A DNA stretch of 47,887 nucleotides. Source: Minisyncoccota bacterium (GTDB lineage: Bacteria; Patescibacteriota; Minisyncoccia; Phycocordibacterales; DATEUR01). Location of the stretch: assembly GCA_035583565.1 (NCBI GenBank), contig DATEUR010000005.1:1-47887 (forward strand), given 5' to 3'. A program made the translations under genes and the position numbers. The notes under the pieces were generated by a model, which worked only from the letters and a program-made list of their open reading frames with translations, was not told the origin of the DNA and ran no database searches. Below, one piece after another: positions 1-8,509 of the stretch (within the stretch, counting starts at the first letter, position 1; each line of letters starts with the position of its first letter).

Positions 1-2582
1 GCCGCCAATATTCGGCCGAAAATCTTTCGGGACAACGGGATATCAAGACCGCTGATGTTTTCTTTCCGGAAAACCCAAGCGTCAGGGGTTTCGCAATCCT
101 CTTCGGTGATGATGACGTCTTGAGCCACATCAACCAAACGGCGAGTGAGGTAACCGGCTTCCGCCGTGCGGAGGGCCGTATCCGCAAGACCTTTTCTTGA
201 GCCGTGAGTCGTAATGAAATATTCAAGCGGGCTAAGCCCTTCTTTGTAAGAAGGAATAATCGGGAAATCGATAAGATCGCCAACTGGGTTGACGATGAGC
301 CCTTTCATCCCGGCCATCTGGGAAAGGTTGGTGATCGAGCCGCGAGCGCCGGAAAGGAGCATGTCGGCCGTGGGACCGTTGACTTCGAGCGCGGCTGGAA
401 CATGTTTCTCAATTTCGATTTTGATTTTTGTCCAAAGCTCAATGATCTTTTCGCGGCGTTCTTCAATAGAAAGAAGACCGGAAGTCCAATCCGAAAAAAT
501 TTTCTCTTCTTCCTTGCGGCCGCGTAAAACCAAATTCTTCTTTTCGGCCGGGACCTGGACATTATCAATTCCCCAGGTGATGCCGGATTGGGTGATGTAT
601 TTATAGCCGAAGTTTTTGATTTTATCGAGAATCGGCGCCACTTTGTCAAAGCCGTAAGCCCGGATAAGGTCGTCAATGAGCGCGGAAATTTTCTTGGCCG
701 TCATTTCTTCGTTAATGTAAGGATAATCAGAAGGCAGTGAAGAATTAAACAAAAGCCGGCCAACCGAGGTTTCGAAGGGCTTTCCTCCAAATTGCGCGTA
801 TTTCGGACTACTGGTGCCAAGCACTTTGATTTTCGCGCGGAAAGAGATAACGTCATGATCATTTGCGGTGATGGCGTGGTTTGGTCTGGAAAAAATTTTT
901 CCTTCACCGGCTTCGCCCGGGATAATTCTGGTCATCCAATAACAGCCAAGAACAATATCGAGTTTCGGCGTTGAAATCGGATCGCTGTTCTGCGGCTTCA
1001 GCAAATTTTTGTTGGAGGCCATGATTTCCCGCGCTTCGTTTTGAGCGTCAGCGGAAAGTGGCACGTAGACCGCCATTTGGTCGCCGTCGAAGTCGGCATT
1101 AAAAGCCGAGCAAACAAGGGGATGGACTTGAATGGCGTTGCCTTCGATCAAAACCGGCTTGAAAGCTTGAATGGAAAGGCGGTGAAGCGTCGGCGCGCGG
1201 TTCAAAAGAACGTGCTTGCCGGCAATAACCTCCTCAAGGATAGCCCAGACGTCAGCCACCCGGTCTTCAATCAGTTTATTGGCGCCGCGGATATTGTAAG
1301 CCAGTTCCCTTTCCAAAATTTTAGCAATGACAAACGGCCGGAAAAGTTCAAGAGCCATATGTTTCGGCAAGCCGCATTGATTAAGGGCAAGTTGCGGACC
1401 GACGACGATAACCGAGCGGCCGGAATAATCAACGCGTTTACCCAAAAGATTTTGACGGAAAAGACCGCGCTTGCCTTTAAGATTGTCGGCGAGGGATTTC
1501 AGGGCGCGGCGCTGAGATTGGCTCATGGCTTGAGCTGATTCTTCTTTGGCAATTGAGTTGTCAATTAAAACGTCAACGGCTTCCTGAAGAATTCTTTTTT
1601 CATTTCTTAAAATTACTTCCGGGGCGCCAATTTCCTTTAATTTCTTCAGACGATTATTTCGGTTGATGACCCGGCGATAAAGATCGTTTAAGTCGCTGGT
1701 CGCGTGCCGGCCGCCATCAAGGGCGACCATCGGCCGCAATGCCGCGGGAATAATCGGAAGGACGGTCAGAAACATCCATTCCGGGCGCGTGTTGGCGCGG
1801 ATCATGCCCTTGACAAGAGAAAGTCTTTTCTCGAGTTTGGTCCGGTCAGTCTTAGTATTGGCGATAATTTCGAGAAGCTCCGTCTTTAACTTGGGCAAAT
1901 CCATCGATTTGTAAAGATTATGAATGGCTTCCGCGCCGATCTCGGCCTCAAAAGCAGTGCCAAATTTCAAGGAAAAATAGTGATAATTGGCTTCGTTGAA
2001 AACTTTACCGACAACAAGCTCGGTGATTTCCTTCTTCTTTTTGGTGTATAAATTTTTGAGTTCTTCTTTTTCTTTGGCGTCTTTGGTCGCTTTTTGTTTT
2101 TCTTTATACTCTGATTCAAGACTCTTTAAAGTTTTAGATTTCTCTTCCGAATTGATTTTGGTAATGATATAACCGGCAAAATAAATCACTTTTTCAAGAT
2201 CGCTCACCGGCACGTCAAGCAAAAGGCTCATCCGCGAAGGCACGCCGCGTAAAAACCAGATATGGGCCACCGGCGTGGCCAGTTCGATATGGCCGAAGCG
2301 TTCGCGGCGAACAATACTGCGGGTGACTTCAACGCCGCATTTTTCGCAAATAATATCCTTGTAGCGGATCCGGCGGTATTTGCCGCAATAACATTCATAG
2401 TCTTTTTCCGGCCCAAAAATGCGCTCGTCGAAAAGGCCGCCGCGTTCCGACCGGCCGGTCCGGTAATTGATCGTTTCGGGACGCAAAATTTCTCCATAAG
2501 ACCATTCGCGAATCTTTTCCGGACTCGCCAAAGCAATCGTAATGAAATCAAAATTATTTAAATTAGCTATTACTTTTCCCAT
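1..2582 (-). CDS. rpoC: DNA-directed RNA polymerase subunit beta' (N-terminal ~860 aa; 3' end runs off the window)
   Basis: Absent from the ORF track because it has no in-window stop. Reverse-strand translation from ATG at 2582 reads MGKVIANLNNFDFITIALASPEKIREWSYGEILRPETINYR... and continues through the CYCGKYRRIRYKDIICEKCGVEV zinc motif. It starts 10 nt after the rpoB stop, the canonical rpoB-rpoC order. Confidence 0.9.
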   Translation of the reverse strand, partial: MGKVIANLNNFDFITIALASPEKIREWSYGEILRPETINYRTGRSERGGLFDERIFGPEKDYECYCGKYRRIRYKDIICEKCGVEVTRSIVRRERFGHIELATPVAHIWFLRGVPSRMSLLLDVPVSDLEKVIYFAGYIITKINSEEKSKTLKSLESEYKEKQKATKDAKEKEELKNLYTKKKKEITELVVGKVFNEANYHYFSLKFGTAFEAEIGAEAIHNLYKSMDLPKLKTELLEIIANTKTDRTKLEKRLSLVKGMIRANTRPEWMFLTVLPIIPAALRPMVALDGGRHATSDLNDLYRRVINRNNRLKKLKEIGAPEVILRNEKRILQEAVDVLIDNSIAKEESAQAMSQSQRRALKSLADNLKGKRGLFRQNLLGKRVDYSGRSVIVVGPQLALNQCGLPKHMALELFRPFVIAKILERELAYNIRGANKLIEDRVADVWAILEEVIAGKHVLLNRAPTLHRLSIQAFKPVLIEGNAIQVHPLVCSAFNADFDGDQMAVYVPLSADAQNEAREIMASNKNLLKPQNSDPISTPKLDIVLGCYWMTRIIPGEAGEGKIFSRPNHAITANDHDVISFRAKIKVLGTSSPKYAQFGGKPFETSVGRLLFNSSLPSDYPYINEEMTAKKISALIDDLIRAYGFDKVAPILDKIKNFGYKYITQSGITWGIDNVQVPAEKKNLVLRGRKEEEKIFSDWTSGLLSIEERREKIIELWTKIKIEIEKHVPAALEVNGPTADMLLSGARGSITNLSQMAGMKGLIVNPVGDLIDFPIIPSYKEGLSPLEYFITTHGSRKGLADTALRTAEAGYLTRRLVDVAQDVIITEEDCETPDAWVFRKENISGLDIPLSRKIFGRILA

Positions 2583-2592
2583 GGTTTATTTT

Positions 2593-5500
2593 TTACTTTT
2601 CTTTAGTTTTCCGTTCTCGCTCCTCCTTTTTGAGCTCAACATCGAGAGCCAGGCCGCGGAGGTAATTTAGCATGACGCTAAATGATGCCGGCGCGCCCGG
2701 GGTTTTAAGCGGTTCGTTTTTAATAATCGAATCAAATGCCTGCGTCCGGCCAGTGATATCATCAGATTTAATCGTCAGCATCTCGCGAAGAGTATGAGCG
2801 GCGCCGTACCCTTCAAGCGCCCAGACTTCCATCTCGCCGAAACGCTGGCCTCCGCCTTGAGCTTTTCCGGAAAGCGGCTGTTGAGTGATCAAACTGTAAG
2901 GACCAATCGAGCGGGCGTGAATTTTATCTTCAACCATGTGGTGGAGTTTCAAAATATACATGTAACCAACCGCGATGCTCTGGGCGAAGATCTGCCCCGA
3001 ACGGCCATCGACCAGCGTAAGACGGCCATCTTTTGGTATGCCGGCTTTTTCAAGTTCGGCTTTAATTTCTTCAGTGGTCGCGCCCATAAACTGCGGCACA
3101 ATCGCTTGATAGCCGAGTTTTTTAGCCGCGAAACCGAGGTGCATTTCAAGAATTTGGCCGAGATTCATGCGACTTGGCACGCCAAGTGGCGTCAGCACGA
3201 TATCAATCGGCGTGCCATCGGCCAAAAACGGCATATCTTCAACCGGCAAAATTGTGGAAATGACCCCTTTGTTGCCGTGACGGCCGGAAAGTTTGTCACC
3301 AACCGAAATATTTCTGATTTGCGCCACTTCCACCACAATCTTTTTCAAAATGCCGGATTCAAGATTGTGACCGGCCTCGCGGGAGAATATTTTAATGCCA
3401 ACCACCCGGCCGCGTTTGCCGTGTTCCATCCGAAGAGAAGAATCTTTCACATCGCGGGCCTTTTCCGCAAAGATGGCGCGGAGCAGTCTTTCTTCCGGCG
3501 TTAGCTCGGTTTCGCCTTTAGGGGTTATTTTTCCGACTAAAATATCGTTTTCACTAACCTCCGCGCCGATGCGAACAACTCCCTCTTCATCAAGATTTTT
3601 AAGTTTGGCTTCACCGACATTTGGAATATCGCGAGTTGTTATTTCCGGGCCGAGTTTGGTTTCCCTGACTGTCGCCACAAACTCATCAATATGGATGCTA
3701 GTGAATCGGCTGTTTTCCACTAAGCGCTCGGAAATCACGATCGCGTCTTCGTAATTGGAGCCGTTCCAGGACATAAACGCCACCAAAATATTTTGACCTA
3801 AAGCTATTTGGCCGTTATCGGTTGAGGAAGCATCGGCCAAAATATCGCCTTTCTTCACTTTATCGCCGATATTAACGATCGGCCGCTGATGGAAAATACT
3901 CGGGCTGTTGTTTCTCGTAAAGGTGATGAGATCGTAAGTGGTATCGCCGTTTTTATCAGCTACCATAATCTTTTTGGCATCAACATACTTCACGGTCCCG
4001 CTGTCGCGAGCGACAATAAGGCGGCCGGAATAGCGAGCGGCCGATTCTTCAATACCGGTGGCGACAAGCGGCGCTTCAGGAAGCACGCAAGGGGTGGCTT
4101 GTTTCTGCATGTTCGATCCCATGAGCGCGCGATTAGCGTCGTCATGTTCAAGAAATGGAATCATTGAAGTCGCGATGGAAAAAGCTTGATTAGGCGCCAC
4201 GTCAATAAAATGAACGTCCTCTTTTTTGACCGTGCCGGGATGGCCGCCGACACGAGCTTCAACAAAATCGCCAGTGATTGTGTTTTTTTCATTATAAGGC
4301 GTGCCGGCGTGAGCAATGTTGTATTTTTCTTCTTCGAGCGCGTCAAGATAAATGATTTCACCGGTGAGCTTTCCTTTCTCCACTTTTATATAAGGCGTCT
4401 CGATAATGCCGAGATGATTAATCCGGGCGTAGACAGCAAGGTGTAAAATCAAACCGATGTTCTGACCTTCCGGCGTTTGAATCGGACAGACCCGGCCATA
4501 GTGCGAAGGATGCACGTCGCGCACTTCAAAACCAGCGCGCTCGCGCGAAAGACCACCCGGACCTAAGGCCGAAAGTTGACGCAAGTGCTCGATTTCATAA
4601 AGAACATTGTCCTGCGACATGAATTGCGATAATTGGTTGACGGTAAAAAATTCCGCGATCCGCGCCTGCAGAGGCCGTTGGTTGATAACATTAATCGGGA
4701 GCGTCGTGTTGATGTCGATGGTCGACATTCGGTCTTGAATATTTCGTTTGATTTGAGTCATACCGACCCGAATTCTCTGCTCGAGAAGCTCGCCGACATA
4801 GCGGGCACGGCGCTGGCCCAAATGGTCAATATCATCGGGGCCAATTTCCGGGTTTTTATTCAATTTAAAGATATTTTCGAGAATGGTAACAATATCGTCC
4901 GCAGTTAAGGTTCTTTTGGCCACTTCTTTGTTATCAAGACTCTTATTAAAGCGGCGATTAAAACGAAAGCGGCCAACCGAAGAAAGATCGTAACGCTCGG
5001 CGCTAAACAAGGCGTCCAAAAATTCCTTAGCGTGATCCGGCGGCGCCACTTCGCCGTCACGAAGACGCTTGTGAATTTCGACGTGCGCTTCGGCGACTGT
5101 TTGTTTTTCGTCGTGCGCGAGAACCTGTTTAATGTCCTCGCGATATTCTTTCGCGAAAGCGGAAATGATTTGATCATTTTTAGTTAGCCCCAGCACACGG
5201 AGAAGCGCGATTACGCCAAAACGGCGTTTCTTATCAATTTTGACGTAAACATTACCATCCGGATCGGATTGCATTTCAATCCAAACGCCGCGCGCCGGAA
5301 TAATCTTGGCGCCAAATAATGTTTTCCCTTTAATGTCTTCAGCCGTGAAAAAGGCGCCATAGCTTCGCGCCAGCTGCGGCACAATGACTCGCTCGACACC
5401 GTTGATGACAAAAGTGCCGTGATCGGTCATTAAAGGAAGATTAGTCAAAAAGATTTCTTGTTCCCGAGTGGTGTTTAAAGTTTTATTGTGAAGACGGGTC

Positions 5501-5763
5501 TTAATTTTAATTTGGCCATCGTAAGAAATCCAATTCTCTCTGGCGTAATGCTCGTTGTAACTAGGCCGGTCGAGGGTAAAAGACAAAAACTCGAGTTCAA
5601 ATTTTTTACCCGAGTAATCTTTGATGGAAGCGAATTCTTTTAAAATACTGCCGAAGCCGGTTTTTACCAAAGCTTCGAAGGAAGCGATTTGAGTTTCAAT
5701 TAAATTAGGGAAAGGGACGAGATTTGGTTTAAAACGCGAAAAATACTTTTTAGGCAAGATCAT
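2593..5763 (-). CDS. rpoB: DNA-directed RNA polymerase subunit beta
   Basis: 1056-aa ORF with hallmark beta-subunit blocks: LSALGPGGLSRERAGFEVRDVHPSHYGRVCPIQTPEGQNIGL, SGRHGNKGVIS and GGQRFGEMEVWALEGYGAAH. Confidence 0.97.
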   Translation of the reverse strand: MILPKKYFSRFKPNLVPFPNLIETQIASFEALVKTGFGSILKEFASIKDYSGKKFELEFLSFTLDRPSYNEHYARENWISYDGQIKIKTRLHNKTLNTTREQEIFLTNLPLMTDHGTFVINGVERVIVPQLARSYGAFFTAEDIKGKTLFGAKIIPARGVWIEMQSDPDGNVYVKIDKKRRFGVIALLRVLGLTKNDQIISAFAKEYREDIKQVLAHDEKQTVAEAHVEIHKRLRDGEVAPPDHAKEFLDALFSAERYDLSSVGRFRFNRRFNKSLDNKEVAKRTLTADDIVTILENIFKLNKNPEIGPDDIDHLGQRRARYVGELLEQRIRVGMTQIKRNIQDRMSTIDINTTLPINVINQRPLQARIAEFFTVNQLSQFMSQDNVLYEIEHLRQLSALGPGGLSRERAGFEVRDVHPSHYGRVCPIQTPEGQNIGLILHLAVYARINHLGIIETPYIKVEKGKLTGEIIYLDALEEEKYNIAHAGTPYNEKNTITGDFVEARVGGHPGTVKKEDVHFIDVAPNQAFSIATSMIPFLEHDDANRALMGSNMQKQATPCVLPEAPLVATGIEESAARYSGRLIVARDSGTVKYVDAKKIMVADKNGDTTYDLITFTRNNSPSIFHQRPIVNIGDKVKKGDILADASSTDNGQIALGQNILVAFMSWNGSNYEDAIVISERLVENSRFTSIHIDEFVATVRETKLGPEITTRDIPNVGEAKLKNLDEEGVVRIGAEVSENDILVGKITPKGETELTPEERLLRAIFAEKARDVKDSSLRMEHGKRGRVVGIKIFSREAGHNLESGILKKIVVEVAQIRNISVGDKLSGRHGNKGVISTILPVEDMPFLADGTPIDIVLTPLGVPSRMNLGQILEMHLGFAAKKLGYQAIVPQFMGATTEEIKAELEKAGIPKDGRLTLVDGRSGQIFAQSIAVGYMYILKLHHMVEDKIHARSIGPYSLITQQPLSGKAQGGGQRFGEMEVWALEGYGAAHTLREMLTIKSDDITGRTQAFDSIIKNEPLKTPGAPASFSVMLNYLRGLALDVELKKEERERKTKEK

Positions 5764-5788
5764 ATATAGATATAAAAATAAAAAAAAG

Positions 5789-5871
5789 AGGTTCTAAACC
5801 TTTTCTATTAAAAATCTCTATCCTTTAGGGAAAACAAAAAAAGACAAGGTTAAAAACACCGAAAAAACCTT
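5789..5871 (-). promoter_or_regulatory. rpoB leader with two weak terminator-like hairpins built from repeated AAGGUU/AACCUU segments
   Basis: On the minus strand, AAGGUU(5871-5866)...AACCUU(5851-5846) is followed by GUCUUUUUUUGUUUU. AGGUU-UAG-AACCU (5801-5789) is followed by U8, just before the rpoB ATG. Segments 2 and 3 are also mutually complementary. Confidence 0.35.
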
Positions 5872-5889
5872 AATAAATATTGGAAGTCA

Positions 5890-5918
5890 ATTATATAAAA
5901 ATACCACCCCCTTGTCAA
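5890..5918 (-). promoter_or_regulatory. Consensus sigma70-type promoter for rpoB-rpoC
   Basis: The minus strand reads TTGACA (5918-5913), a 17-nt spacer, then TATAAT (5895-5890). It lies ~125 nt upstream of the rpoB ATG. Confidence 0.65.
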
Positions 5919-5977
5919 GAACAAGCTGGGGATTCCAGGACAAGGCCTAATCTCTAAATAAACTATTTTGTAAATCG

Positions 5978-6062
5978 CCGAAAACATCTTTTCAGAAAGC
6001 CCGGATATTTGCTTGCTAGCAAATTCCTCCTGCTCGGCCCGTCGGCCTCCGCAAGTCTTTCC
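5978..6062 (-). ncRNA. Unclassified structured RNA motif, copy A (69-nt three-way junction plus 3' hairpin)
   Basis: Begins immediately after the trmD TGA. P1 GGAAAG/CUUUCU; P2 CUUGC/GCAGG enclosing P3 GGCC-GACG-GGCC; P4 AUUUGCU-AGCA-AGCAAAU; P5 CUGAAAA-GAUG-UUUUCGG. Aligns position-for-position with copy B (37671..37754), with compensatory changes in every helix. Confidence 0.55.
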
Positions 6063-6704
6063 TCAAAGACGTTTTCGGCTCTTTCTCCTCCATTCTTCAA
6101 TATTTCCATGGTGGCCGGTTAAAAGGACTTTGGGCGTCCGATATGTCTTTTTTCCCCATTTGAGGATTTCCGGCCGGGTATAAACTTCGGCCGAAGCAGT
6201 TCTCTTCTCCTCGATTGATTCTAATTTATGAAGCACGCCCGGTACCCGCCGCGCCACCGCGTCAACAAGAGCCATGGCCGGCACTTCCCCGCCCGAGAGA
6301 ACATAGTTGCCGATTGAAACTTCTTCAGCCTTTAAAATTTTTTTGACCCGCGCGTCAATCCCCTCATAACGACCACAGATAAGAATAATGTCTTTATGTT
6401 TTTTTTGGTAGATATCGGCAATTTTATTTGTAAACATTTTACCCCGTGGCGAAAAAACAATTATTTTTGGTTTTTTGGTTTTAATGCTTTTAACAGCTTT
6501 TAAAATCGGTTCGGCCTTCATCACCATTCCCGGGCCACCGCCATAAGGCCGCTCGTCAGTTGTCTTGTGGCGACCCTGCGCAAAGTCGCGAAGATTAATT
6601 ACTTTGACTTTGATGATTCCCTTTTTTATTGCTTGCGCCAAAACGCCGTGAGCCAAAAACCCCTCAAACATTTTCGGAAAAATAGTGATAATATGAAAAG
6701 TCAT
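6063..6704 (-). CDS. trmD: tRNA (guanine37-N1)-methyltransferase
   Basis: 213 aa. MTFHIITIFPKMFEGFL..., RPYGGGPGMVMK and CGRYEGIDARV are typical TrmD motifs. Confidence 0.93.
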   Translation of the reverse strand: MTFHIITIFPKMFEGFLAHGVLAQAIKKGIIKVKVINLRDFAQGRHKTTDERPYGGGPGMVMKAEPILKAVKSIKTKKPKIIVFSPRGKMFTNKIADIYQKKHKDIILICGRYEGIDARVKKILKAEEVSIGNYVLSGGEVPAMALVDAVARRVPGVLHKLESIEEKRTASAEVYTRPEILKWGKKTYRTPKVLLTGHHGNIEEWRRKSRKRL

Positions 6705-6728
6705 TTATTATCATTTTATCATTTTAAT

Positions 6729-6758
6729 TATGAATTATGAAATATTTCGTAATTCATA
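6729..6758. promoter_or_regulatory. 30-bp near-perfect AT-rich palindrome upstream of trmD (candidate operator)
   Basis: tatgaattaTgaaat|atttcGtaattcata, with a single central mismatch pair. Sits 25-55 nt upstream of the trmD ATG and downstream of the KH-gene terminator. Confidence 0.3.
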
Positions 6759-6770
6759 TGTGTATATATC

Positions 6771-6793
6771 AAAAACCCCTTGCGGGGTTTTTT
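6771..6793 (-). terminator. Intrinsic terminator after the KH-domain gene (bidirectional shape)
   Basis: AAAACCCC-ttgc-GGGGTTTT hairpin flanked by A/T runs, 12 nt downstream of the KH-gene stop. Confidence 0.6.
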
Positions 6794-6804
6794 GAGTTTG
6801 AAAT

Positions 6805-7122
6805 TTATTTCATGTCTTTCTTGATATCTTCCATTGCTTCATCAACGGAATGACTGGCTCGCGGCCTTGGCGCGGCACCTTCCGGTTCCAAGATCTTGAG
6901 ATTGACGCGAGCATTGCCTTTGAGGCCAATGACGCGAAGAAGCATACGGATCGCTTTGGCGGTATTACCAGCGCGACCGATGACTTTGCCCATGTCTTCC
7001 GGATTAAGGGAAAGGGTGAGCAAGACGCCCATTTCGTCAACGGTCCGATTGACTTTCACATCACCCGGGTGGTCGACAAGATTTTTAATAATGTATTCTA
7101 GAAATTCTGTCGGTTTATCCAT
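6805..7122 (-). CDS. KH-domain RNA-binding protein (UPF0109/YlqC-like)
   Basis: 105 aa with DMGKVIGRAGNTAKAIRMLL (GXXG KH motif). Precedes trmD, as in rpsP-KH-rimM-trmD operons. Confidence 0.85.
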   Translation of the reverse strand: MDKPTEFLEYIIKNLVDHPGDVKVNRTVDEMGVLLTLSLNPEDMGKVIGRAGNTAKAIRMLLRVIGLKGNARVNLKILEPEGAAPRPRASHSVDEAMEDIKKDMK

Positions 7123-7228
7123 GTTACTTTTTAAAAATAACTAATAATCTGTCAGTCTCGACTGAAACTGTATTGACAATATAGCACGCTTTTATAAAAA
7201 GCGCAAGAAAAAATAAAATTACTTTTAT

Positions 7229-8347
7229 TCATTTCCGCGAATCTTCAAGCAAAGTGTTCAGGGTTTTATTTAATCGTTCATTGATTTTCTTTAAGTCTTC
7301 CGCAAGAATGCCGGCGAAAAGCCTGATACCGATCGCGCTTAAAAGAAAGGCCAGAAGACCGCTTAAAATAAGCCGGTTGGTTATTTTTCGAATGGGCGCA
7401 AAAACTTCATCGGCCCGCGCTTCCACGATAAGAGCCAAATTATGCTCTCTAAGGCACATTGAAGCGCCTAGAACATTGTAACCAGCGTAATTTTGGTATT
7501 CCTCGTCGATTCCCCTATTTTCTTCAAAACAAGCCCTGACCGGTAAAGTATCAACAGTTCTTGCTAAAACCGCTTCCCCGGCAAAACGCGACGGCGTGGT
7601 CATAAGTTTACTTTGATCAACAAGATAAATTTCCGCCGTTTTATAATAATCCATCAAGGCTTGGCCAGTTAAGGCGCCTTTATGTTCCTGAAAACGGCCG
7701 TTTAAAATATCGTTTAAATCATTGTTCTTCGCAAAGTGAACTAACATGACAGCATCAAGCGGAATGAGTTTGTCGAGAGCATCTTTTCGAGAAGAAAAAA
7801 TTCTGGTCGTGGTGTGCATCATCGATTCGCTATGCTCGTCTTCTTCACTAACAAAATTTTTCACAAAAGCTTTGCCAAAACCAGCGGCAATCGCTTGGCT
7901 AAAATGATGAGCATTAAGTTCTATTTCTTCTTTTTTTTCATTTACCCCGATCCTGTCTTTCCGTGATGAAGCGACCACTATGCCATTTTTATCCAAAATA
8001 TCAATAATTACCACCGAGGGATCATATTGCATTTTTTCTTCTCTGAGATAAATCCCCAATTCTTCGGCCGCCTGTTTTCTTTCGTCTTCGGCTCGCGATA
8101 AATCGGTGATTTTTTCCGTCATCATTCTGATGTAACTGTCAGAACTCCAGTCAATCGCTCTTATTTCCATTGATTCAATAAAGGCGAAAAAGGCGCCTTC
8201 AGACAGCTCGGCTAAGTTGCGGAAATTGGCGATTGTCTGATTTCTTTGAAAATTTGACAAGTAAAAATTGAGATAAACAATGAGGCCGATGACAATGACA
8301 AACGCCAGCCCCCCGACAAGAAAAAGCATTTTTGTTTTGAATTTCAT
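7229..8347 (-). CDS. Two-TM protein with a large extracytoplasmic sensor-like (Cache-like?) domain and no output domain
   Basis: 372 aa. N-terminal TM (LFLVGGLAFVIVIGLIVYL), a ~290-aa external region, a second TM (LILSGLLAFLLSAIGIRLFAGIL), then only ~25 aa (AEDLKKINERL...). The fold assignment is a guess. Confidence 0.55.
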   Translation of the reverse strand: MKFKTKMLFLVGGLAFVIVIGLIVYLNFYLSNFQRNQTIANFRNLAELSEGAFFAFIESMEIRAIDWSSDSYIRMMTEKITDLSRAEDERKQAAEELGIYLREEKMQYDPSVVIIDILDKNGIVVASSRKDRIGVNEKKEEIELNAHHFSQAIAAGFGKAFVKNFVSEEDEHSESMMHTTTRIFSSRKDALDKLIPLDAVMLVHFAKNNDLNDILNGRFQEHKGALTGQALMDYYKTAEIYLVDQSKLMTTPSRFAGEAVLARTVDTLPVRACFEENRGIDEEYQNYAGYNVLGASMCLREHNLALIVEARADEVFAPIRKITNRLILSGLLAFLLSAIGIRLFAGILAEDLKKINERLNKTLNTLLEDSRK

Positions 8348-8508
8348 GATTGTTTTATAATTGAATTAATTTTTAATATTACTAAAAGATTGGAGAGTAC
8401 CTCTTTTTCTTTTTCATTAAAGTCAACCGAGGAGCACAGATTGCTTTCCAGTTTTTCGGTCGCTTTTTCAACCGCTTCTTTGTCATATTTCAAAATAAAA
8501 ATTTTCAT
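8344..8508 (-). CDS. Small 54-aa protein (below the ORF-track cut-off)
   Basis: Hand translation gives MKIFILKYDKEAVEKATEKLESNLCSSVDFNEKEKEVLSNLLVILKINSIIKQS. The ATG is 1 nt after the upstream stop (8510), and its TGA overlaps the downstream ATG (ATGA at 8344-8347). Confidence 0.5.
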   Translation of the reverse strand: MKIFILKYDKEAVEKATEKLESNLCSSVDFNEKEKEVLSNLLVILKINSIIKQS

Positions 8509-8509
8509 A

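Noticed and set aside
2794-3504. 236-aa plus-strand ORF, along with other plus-strand ORFs at 1041..1538, 3395..3754, 4633..4908 and elsewhere.
   Set aside because: These are antisense shadows inside rpoB/rpoC with low-complexity, Arg/Phe-rich translations. The opposite strand carries unmistakable RNA polymerase sequence.
5994-6062. Match of the new RNA motif to known classes: hammerhead (three-way junction), guanidine-II (ACGR loops), purine riboswitch, SRP RNA, or an integron attC site.
   Set aside because: The conserved cores are absent. There is no CUGAUGA/GAAA core. The P3 loop is GACG closed by C-G rather than ACGR. Tetraloops cannot form the purine-riboswitch loop-loop contact. There are no GTTRRRY/RYYYAAC attC ends. 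I can only compare from memory; an Rfam scan is still needed.
5965-6065. Possible TGA read-through or recoding. In both RNA-motif copies a TGA lies exactly two codons before a similar peptide (GGRRAEQEEFASKQI vs GGRRPEREKFASRQI). In copy A that frame continues from trmD.
   Set aside because: The differences between the copies are compensatory in RNA helices. For example, the six P1 positions give unrelated amino acids (GK/LS vs AG/PG) but perfect base pairing. Copy B has no start codon in that frame before GTG 37694. Many genes here clearly terminate at TGA, so the genome does not use code 25.
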